From Trypanosoma brucei (taxonomy: Eukaryota), in assembly GCA_000002445.1 (NCBI GenBank), contig CP000070.1, positions 1,440,001 through 1,504,000 of the forward strand: DNA of 64,000 nucleotides. The letters are read 5' to 3'. The translations under genes were made by a program, and so were the position numbers. This document shows, piece by piece, positions 63,385-64,000 of this stretch (position 1 is its first letter; each line of letters starts with the position of its first letter). Below the pieces are notes generated by a model. That model had not been told where the DNA came from. It saw only the letters and a program-made list of their open reading frames with translations, and made no database searches.

Positions 63385-64000
63385 ATGAAGCGTTTTAAGG
63401 CAAAGCTCTTCGACTCCGACAGAACATACAAACCTAAGAAAAAGCATAAGGAAGGAACTGAACGTTACAACCTCCACAAGTTTGCCAAATCACTTGTGCG
63501 CTCAGGTGACCTCAGTGCTGCTGTCAAGCTACCGCAAGGTGCCGATCTGAATCATTGGCTTTCCGTACACACTGTAGATTTCTACAACATCACTAATGTT
63601 TTGTACGGCTCTCTAACAGAGTTTTGCACGAACAGCAGTTGTCCTGTCATGTCGTCAGGTCCACGCTATGAGTATTTATGGCGTGACCCGCCGGAATATC
63701 CAAAAGCAACGAAGGTGAGCGCACCGGAGTATGTGAGATTGTTGATGGAGTGGATCGAGCGGCAGATCAATGATGAACGTGTGTTTCCGTCTGAGGATCG
63801 TAATCCCTATCCACCAGATTTCGCGGATAGAGTGAAGGCGTGTTTCAAGCGACTGTTCCGCGTTTATGCACACGTTTACTATTCCCACTTTGCGAAGATT
63901 CGTGAGTTGCAGGAGGAATCTCACATCAACACCGCACTGAAACATTTTATGTATTTTGTGTGGGAATTTGATCTGATTCCTCGTGAGGAGGTGTCTCCGC
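63385..64000 (+). CDS. MOB1: MOB1 paralogue 2, partial (runs off the window end). It has a longer canonical N-terminus, MKRFKAKLFDSDRTYKPKKKHKEG...
   Basis: From aagcataaggaagg (63442) the DNA is near-identical to copy 1 (61099 onward). The ATG at 63385 is in the same frame and adds 23 residues including TYKPKKK. No stop occurs before position 64000. Confidence 0.85.
   Translation, partial: MKRFKAKLFDSDRTYKPKKKHKEGTERYNLHKFAKSLVRSGDLSAAVKLPQGADLNHWLSVHTVDFYNITNVLYGSLTEFCTNSSCPVMSSGPRYEYLWRDPPEYPKATKVSAPEYVRLLMEWIERQINDERVFPSEDRNPYPPDFADRVKACFKRLFRVYAHVYYSHFAKIRELQEESHINTALKHFMYFVWEFDLIPREEVSP

Overview
All 19 confidently called protein-coding genes in this window lie on the + strand, are intron-less and closely spaced, and the window is most likely from Trypanosoma brucei or a close relative. 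That organism call rests on several things seen in the sequence: a bifunctional DHFR-TS, lipin, PRMT7, tandem MOB1 genes, polypyrimidine tracts followed by AG (trans-splice-style) immediately upstream of ATGs, and ~50% GC coding blocks separated by T-rich spacers. The organism and chromosomal placement are inference, not a database hit.

Layout of the window:
- 1-5900: a 5.9-kb AT-rich, low-complexity gene desert with no credible ORF.
- 5932-10155: a 1407-aa protein with a C-terminal polytopic membrane domain.
- ~10200-23075: a direct tandem duplication of a ~6.3-kb unit. Each copy carries a ~550-aa type-I membrane protein with reiterated RxGSF motifs in its tail, plus a 906-aa orphan protein. 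The membrane-protein copies are mosaic: identical ends around a diverged central patch.
- 23466-29006: a ~1850-aa orphan protein.
- 30188-32608: lipin (phosphatidate phosphatase).
- 34719-35327: a small Sas10/C1D (Rrp47-like) protein.
- 35976-38015: an orphan protein.
- 38829-40412: DHFR-TS.
- 41945-43117: PRMT7.
- 43522-51966: two orphans, PTH2, and another orphan.
- 52602-54782: a bacterial-type FadH-like 2,4-dienoyl-CoA reductase.
- 55328-56422: a TLDc-domain protein.
- 57336-59315: GFAT.
- 61093-64000: two tandem MOB1 paralogues that differ only in an N-terminal regulatory extension; each is preceded by a 466-bp direct repeat.

No rRNA, tRNA, CRISPR or transposon was recognisable by eye. 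Note that several ORF-track entries begin at GTG/TTG; I re-anchored those to the first in-frame ATG.
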